Shown here one piece after another: positions 1 through 13,294 of a stretch of DNA of 64,000 nt. The translations under genes were made by a program, and so were the position numbers. The notes below the pieces were generated by a model. That model was not told where the DNA came from, did no database searches, and was given only the letters and a program-made list of their open reading frames with translations. The stretch's first letter is position 1; every line of letters begins with the position of its first letter. Origin of the DNA: Somniosus microcephalus (taxonomy: Eukaryota); the NCBI GenBank assembly GCA_052327205.1, contig CM126202.1, positions 176,762,001 to 176,826,000 on the forward strand, given 5' to 3'.

Positions 1-1180
1 TCAAAACGCCTTCGATAAGGTACCCCATAATAGACTGATGAACAAGGTCAGAGAATGTGGAGTCAGGGGACAAGTAGCAGAATGCATTGCTGGCTGGCTT
101 CAGGACAGAAAGCAGAGAGTGGGAATAAAATGTAGCTATTCACAGTGGAAGAAGGTGGGTAGTGGTGTTCCACAAAGATCAGTGCTGGGACCACTACTGT
201 TCACAATTTATATTAACAATTTAGACTTTGGAATCAAAACACAATTTCTAAATTTGCGGATGACACCAAATTGGGGGATAGTTAATACTGAGGAGGACTG
301 CAACAAATTACAGGAGGACATTAAAAAACTTGCAGAATGGGCATATAATTGGCAAATGAAGTCCAACACAGATAAATGTGAGGTATTACATTTTGGTAGG
401 AAGAATAGGGAGGTCACTTATTACTTGGAGGGTGCAAGTCTAGATGGGGTATAGGAGCAATGGGATCTCGGAGTACAAATACACAAATCACTAAAATTGC
501 AACACAGGTTAGCAAGGCCATAAAAAAAGCAAACCAAGCACTAGGGTTTATTTCTAGAGGTATAGAATTGAAAATTAGGGAAGTTATGCTAAACCTGTAT
601 CGAACCTTGGTTAGACCACACTTAAGTACTGTGTACAGTTCTGGTCGCCATATTATAAAAAGGATATAGAGGCACTGGAGAGGGTGCAGAGAAGATTTAC
701 AAGGATGATACCAGAAATGCGAGGGTATACATATCAGGAAAGGATGAACAGGCTGGGTCTCTTTTCTCTTGAAAAAAGAAGGCTGAGGGGTGACCCAATA
801 GAGGTCTTTAAAATTATGAAAGTTTTTGATGGATTGGATAGAGAGGGAATGTTTCCACTCGTGGGGAAGAGCATAACTAGAGGCCATCAATATAAGATAG
901 TCACCAAGAATTCCAATAGGGAATTCTGAAGAAACTTCTTTACCCAAAGAATGGTGAGAATGTGGAACTCGCTACCACAGGGAGTGGTTGAAGCAAATAG
1001 TATAGATGCAGTTAAGGGGAGGCTAGACAAGCATATGAGGGAAAAGGGTATAGAGGATTATGCTGATAGATTTAGATGAGGAAAGATGGGAGGAGGCTCG
1101 AGTGGAGCATAAATGCTGGCATGGACTGATTGGGCCGAATGGTCTGTTTCTGTGCCTTATATCCTATGTAATCCTATGCT
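1..1180 (+). mobile_element. Degenerate CR1 LINE, 3' part (RT C-terminus and 3' UTR)
   Basis: Frameshifted ORFs 38..454, 460..669 and 684..929 carry CR1 ORF2 motifs (SGVPQxSVLGP, WQMKxNxDKC, LYRTLVRPHL, QRRFTRMIP). The CR1 3' stem-loop GGGCCGAATGG and an ATCCTATGTA-type tail lie at about 1130-1178. Confidence 0.9.
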
Positions 1181-1383
1181 GTTCTGAAGTTTCTGGGCAT
1201 TGCTGTTCTTGAATATTTTTTGCATTCTGCTTGAGCCTTTTGATTTTCATAGTGTTGGGTCACTGGGGTTTGTGTACAAATGCATTGATGTCTACTTGTC
1301 TCTATTTGGTTAAGCTTTAAGCTTCTCAACCAGCTATTAGTCTTGGCTGTAGTTAAATCAGTTATGGGTCTTGGAGCAAAAAG

Positions 1384-1510
1384 CAAAATACAGCGGATGT
1401 GAGAAGTCTGAAATAAAAACAGAAAATGCTGGAAACGCTCAGCGGGTCAGGCAGCACATGTGGAGAGAAACAGAGTTAACGTTTCAGGTCGTTGACCTTT
1501 TATCAGAACG
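1384..1510 (-). mobile_element. Penelope pLTR/3'-end fragment with a degenerate hammerhead motif
   Basis: Similar to the Penelope termini at about 49750-49851 and 52930-53060. Minus strand reads GTT CTGATAA AAGGTCAACGACCT GAAA CG TT AAC (about 1475-1509). Confidence 0.8.
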
Positions 1511-1519
1511 AGAAGATGT

Positions 1520-3484
1520 TATATTTGAATGAGCTGCAGAGCCCATTAAAGGAGCCGCGCAGCCAAATAAAATGAATGGGAACATTGGCCTTCCAAGCAC
1601 ACATGATTGCAGAGAGAATGAAAGAGTCTGCCTCAGGCATGAGTGGAGTGTGTCACAGGGCATTGTGATGATGTCTTCTTGCGTGGATAGAGTGGCCAAC
1701 TCTGTGGAACATCTAACACAGTAATCGTTTGAATCCATGCACACCTTGATCACGGCTGTGCACACTCTGGATGCCAACATGTCTGCACCTTAAATAGAGT
1801 GACAGATACCTTAGACTTGGCCCTACAGCGCGCACTGATCTGCAGCAAGCTGCTATCCAACAGAATGGTAGCAGTGAAGTGCAGCTGGCCCATGAGAGAG
1901 ATGATGGAGAAAGGGGACATAGAAGTGGAGACCCCTCTCAAAGTGCTCCCACTTCTCATCCGTTGCCTCCCTCTCAGTCAATAAAGGTGGAGAAGCCTTT
2001 GGCCAGGCCTTTACGGAGTCCAAAACCCAGAGGTTGTCAGCCAATAGCATCTCAGCAGTCACAGCAGGGGTGTGAGCAGCCTGCCTCAACCTCTGCTCAA
2101 GCCACAGTGGTTGCACCATGTAGGAGCAGTCATAAAAGGAAGAGTAAAGCTTTGTGGTTCCAAAAGTGTATGCACATGAGTATATGACAAAATGTTATGT
2201 TATGAAGTTTCCGTTCTTTAGTAGAATTACATAAAAATTATATATTTTGCACCACTTTCCCCTCTAGCCCATTCTTGGTTGCTGAGTGCCAAGTCGCCTT
2301 TTAACTTGCTTGATAATGAATGGGAAGACATGAATTGATGGGGACCAATGGGGTGATGTGCAAGTGGTGGTTGGTTGTTTGCAGGATTGCTTTGTGTCAA
2401 TGGCATTGAGCAGGGCGGGAAGAGTGGCCATTGCATGTGGTTCTGACATCGGCCAACTCGGGTAACATAAGTGACCCTTGCATTAATAAGGGCATCCCTG
2501 GCATCCTGGCAACAATGTGAGCAGCTGGTGCTGCATTGCCCTTTAAACTTTCCTCTTCCTTGTCTTCCCCCTCCTCTTAATCGTCTGCTGGTGATGTGCA
2601 CTCTGCTCCTTGTTCCTCCTGTAGATCCAAACCTCGCTGCTGCACAATGTTGTGCAGAATGCAGCACACCATAACCATTCTGGAGACCCTGGCTGGTGTG
2701 TACTGAAGACACCTCTAGACCTGTCTAGGCACCTGAAGCACATCTTCAGCATGCCAATGGTTTGTTCGATCACACATCTGCTGGTCATATGTTATTCATT
2801 CGCTGTTGGGCTTTATTGGTTGGGTTTCTGACGAGTGTCATCAACCAAGTTTGAAGTGGGTATCCCTTGTCTCCTAGCAGCCACCCCTTAAATCTTCTTG
2901 CAGGTCCAAAGAGGTCGGGGAGCTTGGACTGCCACAGGGCGAAAGCATCATGGCAGCTCCCCAGGAATCTTGCGCACACCTTCTGAAATATCTTTCTGTG
3001 GTTGCACACCAGCTGCACATTGATGGAGTGGAAGCCCTGCAGTTCACAAATACTCCTGGTTGATCTGGGGTGTGCGGCTTGCTACAACTGTGCAGTCGAT
3101 GACACCCTGCCCCTGTGGGAAGTCAGCCAGAGGTGCAAACCCAAGCGCCTCACTCATTCTGGCTGGCGTCATCGCAGGCGAAGTTCACATAATTGCTGGT
3201 CCTGGTAAACAAGTCATCAGTAACCTGTGTTAGGCATTTGTCGGCCACCAATTGGGAGATGCTGGGAAACCCAGCCAACCACAGTTAAACTTGCAAAGCA
3301 GGTTAAATCAGAGGCTGACAGCCTCATTAAAATATTTCATTGGCCAACCCGCCTCCTGGGAGCCCCTTGTCTCATCTCCATTAAACCCAGAAGTGGGTGG
3401 GTTGGGGTTGGATATGGAAATTTTAAAGTTTTAACATCTCACCTGACCCCAACCCACCCATTTTGGGGGGTTAAGATTCAGTCC
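1520..3484 (-). mobile_element. Degenerate PIF/Harbinger transposon (transposase remnant on -, Myb-gene 3' remnant on +)
   Basis: ORFs 2543..2788 and 2785..3018 match HARBI1-type motifs (GSCHDAF, LLGDKGYPL, IEQTIGMLKMCFRCLD). A PRG-type C-terminal remnant of the Myb-like gene is near 2030. A TIR-like end AAGATTCAGTCC finishes at 3484. The left boundary is uncertain. Confidence 0.8.
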
Positions 3485-4564
3485 AATGTCTCTGAAATGT
3501 TACAGCATCAAAAGACAAAATTGTGGATCAAGGATTATCAAATTCTGGAGCAATTTAAAAATTGAGGTTCACGGAATTAAATATAATTAATAGTTTTCAG
3601 GCACAATGTAATTTTGGACCAGTTGCCTTCTAACACTGTGATTTATTTTAGTTTTACATTTGTGAAGTCAGCCTCAAAGGTTAGACGTCTATTTTCACCC
3701 CTGACTTGACAAAATTAGATTGATGAAAATCAGGGATGATGTATATGAATATAATTTTATCTTTTTAATTTTCCTCTTCTTTTGTCTTCTCCTAACTTAA
3801 CCCCATTTGTTACAAGTGCATTTGCTTTGTCAGTAGAGTAGGATTGTCCAGTCAAAGGCCATCCCCACAGATATATTAATGCAATTCCCTGGTTTAATTA
3901 TTTGTAGCACACTTGAGTGATGAAACTACTTGTTCCTCCATCTCACAAATAATCTGCTTAAAAATGGCAAGCCCTGGGGGAAACCCAAGTATTCATCAGT
4001 TGAGACTGAGACATGGGTTTCTTAGTTCAGTATTCAGTACAGTGTTGTGATTATTACTATATAAAGAATTGTGTACCTATAAATTAACTTCTGTGGATGA
4101 TAATTTTTCAGCAATTACCACAGCTATAAAATTGTACAATTCACATGAAAGGCCCTGATTAATAAGGAAAGAACAAGCATGATAGGCAAAATATATTTGT
4201 AATAGTTTGTTATACTAAAGATATACAGACCAACCAATTAGTTCAAAGTAGCTAATTGTTAGCAGTAAGAAACCAGCAGCACAATTAGTGCCACTGAAAG
4301 AGTGTATAGATTTACAACTAGAATTCCTTGCATGATAAATTCCAATTCTTAACTTCTGTTGAGAGGTGCAACGTGATAGTTATGCCCAGAAATCTAAGTA
4401 AAACTTACCTTAGGCCACACTTGCATATCTCCTCGTGGCTTGCTGTGGCTCTGGGAAGCTGCATAATAGGCTTATGATTCAAAGGCAGTGGAAGGAAACA
4501 AAAAAGAGAAAATAGTCAGAATACGAAATATTTTCTATAAATTTTCTCTGAAAAGGATAATAAA

Positions 4565-5864
4565 TGTAGGGTTCTCAAAATTTCTGCACAACCCCAGAAC
4601 AGAAGGAAAGGTCATTTTTAAAGTGATTTTGGAACATCACAGAAGAAATCTGTAAAAAGGACAGCAGTGTGGTTGGGCCAAATAGAAGGATTTCAAAGAG
4701 TTTAATTTAAGGAAGAGATTTTTGGACTGGTTTGAGTTATTGGGCAAAAAGGATTTAAATCAAAATCCCAGGAAGATTTGGCTGGTTTAAAAAGAAATGT
4801 TCAGACTTGTAGGAAAAGGCTGCGACAGGAATGTGGGATTGACCTCTGCAGAGGAAGTTTGTGTATTCGAAAGTAGCCAGACTGTCTGGGAGGAACAATA
4901 AATGAAACTCAGCCCCTATCTGGGAATTTGCATTCAATCAATAAATCAATGAAAACCCCAGCCTCACCTAAAGCCCAAAGCCCATTAAAACCCATGCATA
5001 AAAGAACCTGCACAGAATTTGAAGGCCTTACAGGAAATCTAAGATTAAAAGACTGTTTGAGACATCCAAAACCACTTCACACCTTCTTCAACTACTCAGG
5101 AAGCTATCCCAAAACCAGTTAACTAAATGGGGCCAATCAAGTGGCCCTTAACGAGCCAGCCAAAAATCTAACAAGATTAGCAAGTGTCGCTTTAGTATAA
5201 ACTAAAGACCTGTCTCCACAAGAAAGCAGTTCGTTTGAGGGTTCAAGCAGTTCAATCAGTACAGAGACAGTCATTCAGGCAGAGAATTGAAACAGCAGTC
5301 AGTGAATTGAAGTCAGCAGTACAGTTCGGACAGACACAGAAAAAGGCAAAGCACATTCGAAAGACATCAGCCTCGGGACAACAGAAGGAGAACAGAAGGA
5401 ATCGCAGCAACCAAGGGCCCCATGAAACAAACAACCAACAATATTACCAACAACTAGGTAATATTGGGCCACCGCGACCAACAAAAAACCAACCTGGAAG
5501 AAACCGAAGATCTGCAAGTTTTTCCCACTCTACAAACTATTCCTGCATTTGGTGAGCATTTCCTGGTCCTCTGGAACTCAATCTAGTTAGTATAGTGGGA
5601 TTGGGAGGGGTAAGGTATTTTTGTCTATTGTCATTCTCCCTCGCATATTCCAAAGTGTTCCCCCTTTTAGAGTGATAAGATTTATTGTGTTGTGTATATT
5701 TTCTTGTCTCAAATAAAATCCAAGTTCTTTTCACCAACTCAGTTGTCTGTTGCAATTTCATTACAACCCCCAAATACGTCCAGTTCTAGAACCAAGGAAG
5801 TGGGAGCGATTCAAACCGCTCAAAGGAGTCAGAGGTGAAACTGACACACACACCACCCCCTACA
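4565..5864 (+). mobile_element. Probable solo LTR (about 1.3 kb)
   Basis: Perfect 7-bp inverted ends TGTAGGG...CCCTACA. Flanks TAAA/GAAA match at 3 of 4 positions (possible 4-bp TSD). TATAAA at about 5196 and AATAAA at about 5712. No credible ORF. Confidence 0.55.
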
Positions 5865-5879
5865 GAAATATCCAATTTT

Positions 5880-6960
5880 GTAGTATTGAAAATATCCTAA
5901 ATAAATTTGTGACCACTGGACAAATTAAAGGAACTTAAGACAGAAGAATTGCTTGGGCCTCGTGATATATATCTAAGGGTGTTGCAAAAGACCAGGCTTG
6001 AGGCATGATGGCTATAATCGTGGGTCACTAGGCACTGGTGAGATACCACAGGATTAGAAATGGCAAATGTAATATCTATATTTAAAAAGGGTGACTATCT
6101 AATCCAGGAAACTACAGGTCTATTGACGTGAACTTGGTTCCTATTTAGTTCTTGGACGTCTTTTGTTTCTCATTTATATAAAAGAGCTGGAGCCTGAAAC
6201 TAAATGAACAAATGTCATACAGTAGACCTGAGGATGCAGCCAAGTATTTACAAAAAGATTTGGATCATTTATGCAAATGGCCTGATAGATAGAAAATTAA
6301 ATGCAATTTTGACAAATGTACAGAATTACACATTGGGTGAATGAATGTACAGCATGTGTACAAAATAAAGAGAGCAGAACTACCACAGGGAGAATCAGAA
6401 AGGGACCGGAAAGTAATAGTGCATTTGTCACTGTTACTGTCTAGACAATGTAGTGAGACAATTAAGAAAGCTAATAAAATGCTGGGATTTATAGTAAAAA
6501 TAGTAGAGGTTATGCTGAGGCATTATAATGCAGTAGTCAGACCACATCTAGCTACAAAAGGAATGTGCATGGATTGGTACAGTGAAGAACAACAGGAATG
6601 ATTTGAAGTGTAGGGGGAAGTGATATATGAATAAAACTCAACCTTTACAGTTTGGAGAGTACACAGTTAAGGGAGAGGGAAACTCTTTGAAGTAAATGGC
6701 GTAGATATGGTAAATCCAGAATATTACTTTAAAATAAAGCAGGCAAGTAGGATCAAAAGTCATAAAAATAGATTGATGAAAAGTAAATTCAGATCAGATA
6801 TTAGAAATAACTGTGTCTTGAGTAATCTGAGTGCAGTGAAAGCACAGACTTTCAGGGCATTCATAGTACAATTGTATGCTAGCCTGTGTGAGTTAGAATA
6901 GTTGAGTTTTGGTAGACTGAATAAAGTTTCTCATATTTGATTTTTCTTATGTTCTTATGA
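5880..6960 (+). mobile_element. Highly decayed CR1 LINE fragment
   Basis: Remnant motifs ANVISIFKKG-like (about 6062), KKANKMLGFI and YNAVVRPHL (ORF 6341..6601), with a TTCTTATG tail at about 6945. Confidence 0.75.
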
Positions 6961-8349
6961 AGGAAAAACAATTATAGCACAGATAGTGAAGTATTCTACA
7001 TTCCCACAGAAACAGCCAGTTGCAATTGCAGAATTCTATCCTCCTCATATTTATTTGGCTAAAAACCTAAGAAAATAAAAGGTCAGGAATCTAGAAAACA
7101 AATAGGGACTCTAAAAAAAAATAGAAAACTTCCTCATGGGAAGAATGCTGATTTAAGTTAAAAGGGATTAAAAGGATATATACAATCATTTCTGTAGGGA
7201 TAAGAATAGAAATTATACAAAGGACATCTAAGTACATCCTAAGGTTATCAGTATACAGTTTAAGCATAGACGTTTCTCCCTGGTACCCCATTGCAAAATA
7301 GCATACGTGTGTATATGTGTGATTGTCTGTGTGGGTTGGGAATAATAGTAACAATGACCTAAATACAATTGCTAGTATAACATTTTTGCTGGTGTGAGCA
7401 AACTCCAATAGAGATTTCCTTTCAGCATGTTTCATTGTTACTAAGGTTATTGTCTCACTGTCAATCTTGTATGTAACATCCAGTATATAGCATCTAATGG
7501 CTTTTGATACTTAGCTGTGTGTCATGATGGTGTAATAAAATCTGCACACTGCAATGTAAATTCTTTGCATATTAAAGTGGTCAAAGGTTGCCCATTAGAA
7601 TCATTTTTCATTGAATTCTGTTACTGTTAATGGCAGGACTTTGTGTAACACAGAGGCCAATTGTAACATGAAACAGTGTAGGGAATGCTTTTTAAAATTA
7701 GCCATACATGCTCCTTATTGAAAACACGTTTTGTTAACAGAAGAACTGTTAACATCTATATGAAATGTGCTAAAATACTATTCTCATCTGGGGGCTTGTC
7801 ACAATTTTAAATGAGTAATTATGCTTTGCTATTAGTTGCTTCTATAAGCAAGTCAGATTTCATATTAAAGCTTGCTGTCAGTAACAATAGCATCAGGGAA
7901 GGGCTCAGAGCTGCACCGTGGCTCTGTATCAACACATTGGTATGCATTGTAGGTGCGGGATCATGTACAGTGGTGAAAGTTTGTCCTCCAGTGAAAATCT
8001 GACAGTTTTCTTGACACCAAAATTCTCTGCTCTTTGAGGATTTTAAGGTCATGAGGATTTGAACATCCATTATTTGAACCTCTGTGAAATAGAAGTAAAT
8101 TATTCTGTAATCATCCAACCTGATCTTATTGTGCATATGTTATGATATTCTTACTTTACATGGCTTTACAAACCCATGGCCTTGATCATTCCAGTATAAT
8201 TAGCACGTCATCCTGAAATTGATAACAAGGTGGCCAAATATATATGCTATATATATAAAATCCAACAATTTCATTCTCCAAGGAATATTAGGCTATCAAA
8301 ACTGGAAAATTACTTACAATAAAAATGCCCTTTTCCTGACATTACTTGT

Positions 8350-8840
8350 GGGTAGAAATTCAACATTGTTACATCCGTTTTACACCCATAAAACAGACGC
8401 AAAATTCGACAGGGCCTTTTATTAGGTGGCACTGGCAGCTGCCTGAAATGGAACTGAGCAGGCACTGAGCCTGCTCCACTCAGCATTACCTAGTCTACAA
8501 GTAGCCTAACCACTAAAATTTGAAGTATTTTTTCATACTTATCTTGATGTGGAGCTGAGAGGAGCAGGAGTGTGGGCCATTGCTGCCCCCAACTTGGACG
8601 CCCTCCCATTTTCCTGCCCCATTGCCAATACCTACCTCAGGGTGGCTGCCAGCAAGGTTATTCAGCCACATGGGCGAGTTACTTCTGGAGTGGTCAACAG
8701 GTGCAGGCAGCTTGCCTAGGTTATGACAATAAGGCCCATGGATCAATTTAGCATGGTCCTCGGGCCTCGTGATTTGGGTGGATGATGGAAGCATATTGTT
8801 AGTTATGTGTCTGAAAATGGGTCATAATGAATTTAGCCCC
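8350..8840. mobile_element. Harbinger-derived MITE-like element
   Basis: GC-richer island bounded by GGGTAGAAATTC ... GAATTTAGCCCC, which resemble the Harbinger TIRs elsewhere in the window. Confidence 0.45.
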
Positions 8841-9899
8841 CTATGTGTCCACAGCCCTGTTTGGCTTGTTAACTTCATATTAAATTAGTCATTTATCTGT
8901 GGACAATGGGAAATCATCAGTTCTCATTACATGGGATTGTTTTTATGTTCATTTATCTTAATATATATATATGAAGAATTAGACAATTTAAAAACATACA
9001 TGTTCATGGTTTTGGATTTTTTAAATTTCTCTGAATAATTACCCATACAGTTCCACCAATTAGCACAAATGACCTAATCACCACCAACACACAATGCCAC
9101 TGTTTCAGAATATTTTGGTAGTTCTTAGATGTTATAAGTCACTAGTTACTACTGCAGTTGTGACCATTAGTCATGATTATAATGAAAAACAGTAGGGTTT
9201 GACTATAATTGGTGTTTTGCAAATACAGTATAATAAACTATGTGTGTCTTTCCTTGTAAAAACGCTATGTATGGAAAGCCTGATTTTTGAAACAGTAATT
9301 TTTGGTTTATGTCAAACAATAGTCATTCTTTCTTTGTTTGATTGCTAGCAAACAGTGACATTTCCTTGTGAAATTACAATATATTTTAGACGTCCATAAG
9401 TAGCAGTAGACATTTAGGGTGGTGATTACAGTTTGAAATGAATCAGAGTAAATTTTAGCAACAGTCAACACTTACGTCTGTTTTCATAGCTGAAAGCATT
9501 TAATGGTTATTAGAACACGACCTCGCCGGATAAATTTTGGCCTAGAAATTCATTATAGCCACTTTTGGGGCGGTAAAGTCGGGCGGCCGCTAAAGTTTGC
9601 GCCCGGCGCAAATTCGAGGCCACTTCTCCGATATTCATTAGCTTCGCCCTAAGAGTTTGCTCGAGCGCTAAAACTGGCGATGCACGCCTCTCCTTAGGCG
9701 CTAAGCCGGAGGTGCTGAGCGAGAGCGCCGAGGCCGGGCGCAGCGCAGGTGCGGCCATTTCTTGATTGACAGCAGACACCCTGGCGCCGGCCAGCTCTTA
9801 AGGGGGAAGGGTCGACTTGGTCTGCTGCCACGCCCTGGATAGTGGAGCCCTGCAGCTAGGCCTGAACACTGCTGTTGGACCCAAATAGCGCCTGAAACC

Positions 9900-11822
9900 A
9901 TGGAGAAGGCCCGTGAATGAGCGCAGCGCTTCTCAGAGCTTGATCTGAGGGTGCTGGTTGGTGCTGTGGAGAAGAGACGCCATATTTTGTTTCCGGACAA
10001 TGGCAGGAAGCCGCCGGCCCGCGACTACCGGAGAGCCTGGAGGCATGTCGCCACCAAGGTGTCATCCAACAGCAAGGTCCCCAGGAGCGGTGTCCAATGC
10101 CGCAAAAAGCTGAAAGACCTCGCCAGGATTGTCAGGGTGAGTACCCTTTCCAGTGTCCTCCTCATCCTTGCATGTGCACCTCACATTATGGGCAAAGGGA
10201 CCTGAAAGCCCTAATGGCCAGCCCTCATGCAGCAGCTATGGGACACTCATGAACATCAATTGCACATTGTGCACTTAACACACTGGCCAGGCTATTCGAC
10301 CATGGGAGGCAGTGAAAAAAAGATCAGGGCTACACACTGGCCAGGCTATTCGACCATGGGAGGCAGTGCACACAAGATCAGGGCTACACACTGTACTTAG
10401 AGGCCGTCCTTTCTCTTGCAGGCCAAGTTGGCCAATAATAAGAGGAGCCGGAATGCGACTGGGGGAGGCGGACCCCAGATCCAGCCGCTCACCGAGCTGC
10501 AACATTGCGTGGAGCGCATCATGGGTGCCCGGGTGATTGGCCCCGTTGCATCTGGAGATGCCGACCCTGTTCTGGGCACCAATGGTAAGGACATCACCTT
10601 TTGGACTTCTCTCGTCCCACTTGCGCATCAGATCTACATCCTTTGCCACTGTCCGACCAATGCGCTGAATGCCACCACTCATGCATCCCTCGCTGACGCC
10701 CTCTCCTCACTCTAAAGCTACTCTTGTGCCTTCCTGCTTTCAGATGGTGAGGAGGAGGTCCCTGAAGTTGCCAGTGACAGCCCCTCAGAAGAGGAGGAGA
10801 AGGAGGAGCAAGAGGAAGGCGGCCCATCAGGGGAACCCTCAGCCGCGGCAACCCATGCCAATGTAGGGGACACGTCTTCCCTGGAGGGGAGCGTGGGGGA
10901 GGTGTCGGAGGGGAGGGTAGCTCCTGGGACCAGCGGCCTGCAGAAACGCGGGAGGGGGTTGGAAGCTCAGCGGCCTTCTCCCCAGAGGGGGGAACGGTCG
11001 GAGGGGAGTCCAATTGCTGGGCCCAGCGGCGTCCAGCAACGCAGGAAGGGTCGGCCAGCTCGGCGGCCTTCTCCCCAGAGGGAGAGTCCGGCCTCCAGTC
11101 CGGAGACGGCGAACGCCGAGGAGATGCGCCGCCTCGAGGGCTTGTCCGCGGACTCGGAGCACCGGCACACGGAGCTCATGGGGGTAGTGGCACGGTTGCC
11201 TGAGGCCATCGAGTCCCTGTCTCGGAGTGTGACCGAGTTCGGGGCCTCACAGGCCACCAGTCGGGCGGAATTCGGGGCAGCTCAGGCAGCGAGTGGCCAG
11301 GTGATCAGTGGTGCCGTGCAGTCACTGGGTGCTCTGATGCGGTCACTGAACAGGTCAACACGGACACTCACTGCTGCCACACTCGCTGTGTCAGCCAGGC
11401 ATCGCCAGGGCACCCGGCGCGCTGCAGCAGCACAGCGGTCTGTCCCTCGGCAGATTGGTGCGCATGCTGCAGTGCTGGCCCGGCCGAGTGCCAGTGTCTC
11501 AGGCGACCAGCGAGCGCCTGCCATCCGCCAGCTTGCCCTCATTCCTCCAGCCGCCACTGCCACTCCCCCAGTGGAGCAGCCAGGAGCTGCTGCAGCGACT
11601 GATGCTGGCCAGCCACAGCTGCAGCATTCACCAGCCGGCCCCTCGACGGCCAGACCTCGTCTAGGCTGACCCCCAAGGGCATCTGCCGTCACGACATGTG
11701 CCCCTCAGGAGCCTGCCCCCAGCCTTGCAGCAGCCAATGGCCTCACTTTGAGGAGGAGCAGCAGGGCGTGCAGGGGCCGCCAAAGTTGGCAGAAGGCATC
11801 GCCCTCGCGGGCCACTAAGTAG
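9900..11822 (+). pseudogene. Harbinger Myb/SANT-like DNA-binding protein, 3 exons (9900-10136, 10422-10584, 10744-11822)
   Basis: Exon 1 reads ...RFSELDLRVLVGAV...AWRHVA...QCRKKLKDL. Canonical splice sites (GTGAGT at 10137, TTGCAG at 10421, GTAAGG at 10585, TTTCAG at 10743) join the exons in frame. Exon 2 has the TGGG motif. In-frame TGA at 9918 and 11667. Confidence 0.85.
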
Positions 11823-12006
11823 AGGGTGTGTCCAAATGTTGTGTTTTCTGGAATGTGTGTTTTGTGAAGGCCGAGGATGAAGGCCATTTTTGTTTACATC
11901 TTTTGTTAATGCTCCCCAGGTTGTGGGAGTGAGTCATGTGTGTGAGTGTTTTTTGGGGGTTCCGTCTGTTTTTGGTTTTCATGTGGGAAGGGCCCTGAGT
12001 TTGTAC

Positions 12007-12026
12007 AATAAACCATTTTATTTATT
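12007..12026. terminator. Back-to-back poly(A) signals of the two convergent Harbinger genes
   Basis: AATAAA on + at 12007-12012 and TTTATT (AATAAA on -) at 12017-12026, between the two stop codons. Confidence 0.6.
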
Positions 12027-12139
12027 CACATTGTCCATGTTTGATCTTTGAAGTGTTTGTTGCCTTAACCGGCTGACGGCTTGCGGAGCGGCTGCAATCA
12101 TGTTGTTTCATTGGCACAAGCCATTCCCTGACAGAGGGC

Positions 12140-13294
12140 CTAGAAGTGACGGTCAATAAGCCGCCGACGGGCGGCCCTTGGACCTTCTGCCTCCCTCCTG
12201 GGCTGGTACTCCTCGTCCTCCTCCTCCTCCTGCTCCTCCTGCTCCTCCTGCTCCTCCTCCTGAGGTGGTGGTCCAACGTGAGGTGGCAGTGCCTGAGTCC
12301 TGCGGATAGCCAGGTTGTGCAGCATGCAGCAAACGACGACGAATTGGGAGACTCACTCCTGCGAATACTGGAGGGCTCCCCCGGAGCGAACCAGACAGCG
12401 GAACCGTTGCTTGAGGACGCCGATTGTTTGTTCTATGATGTTCCTAGTCGCTTGATGGCTCTCGTTGTATGCCTCTTCAGCAGGGGTCATGGGCGCGCGG
12501 AGCGGGGTCATGAGCCAGGTACACAAAGGATAGCCTTTGTCCCCGATAAGCCATCCTCTTGGGTGAGGCTGTGCCTGGAACATGTCAGCCACAGTTGTCT
12601 GTCGCAGGATAAAGGCATCGTGGCTGCTGCCTGGAAAGCGGGCATTGACAGCTAGGATGCGCTGCCTGTGGTCACACATCAGCTGTACGTTGAGGGAATG
12701 GTAGCCCTTCCGGTTGCGGTAATCCTCGGCATGCTCCAGAGGTGCCCGCAAAGCCACATGCGTGCAGTCAATGGCGCCCTGCACCATGGGGAAGCCCGCT
12801 ATTCTTGCAAATCCCACTGCACGCTGCTGCTGCTTGTCCAGGGTCATGGGGAAGGAGATGAATTGACGTCTCCTTCTGAGAAGGGCACTGGTCACCTGGC
12901 GGATGCAGCAATGCACGGCGAACTGGGAGATGTTAGCGATGCCCCCAGCAGCGGATTGGAAGGAGCCGGTGGCATAGAAGTTGAGAGCCACCATCACCTT
13001 CACTGCCACCGACAGAGACGTCCTGCGCATCAGCTGTGGACGCAGATCTCTGTGCAGCAGCTGGCAGATGTCTGCAACCACCTCCCTTCTGAATCGCAGC
13101 CTCCTAACACACTGCGCGGCAGACATGGTCAGATAGGAGGACTGCTGGCGGTATACCCTGGGTGGGTAAGGCCTCACTTGGCGACGCCTGTTGCCCCCTC
13201 TGCATCTAGCCAGGGCTGCCACTCTCTCACGGCGTCTGTAAGCCCTTCCGGCATAAGGCTGAAACTCAGCGTTGGCACCCAATGCAGCCCCCAT
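12140..13294 (-). pseudogene. Harbinger DDE transposase (HARBI1-like) with one nonsense codon
   Basis: Motifs GAIDCTHV, NRKGYHSLNVQ, PGSSHDAFIL, IGDKGYP and IEQTIGVLKQRFRCL. After TGA at 12353-12355 the frame continues to CCMLHNLA and an acidic tail. Confidence 0.93.

Noticed and set aside
12140-13294. Domesticated host HARBI1/NAIF1 gene pair
   Set aside because: Flanked by TIRs and a TSD, contains nonsense codons, and related copies occur in the same window.
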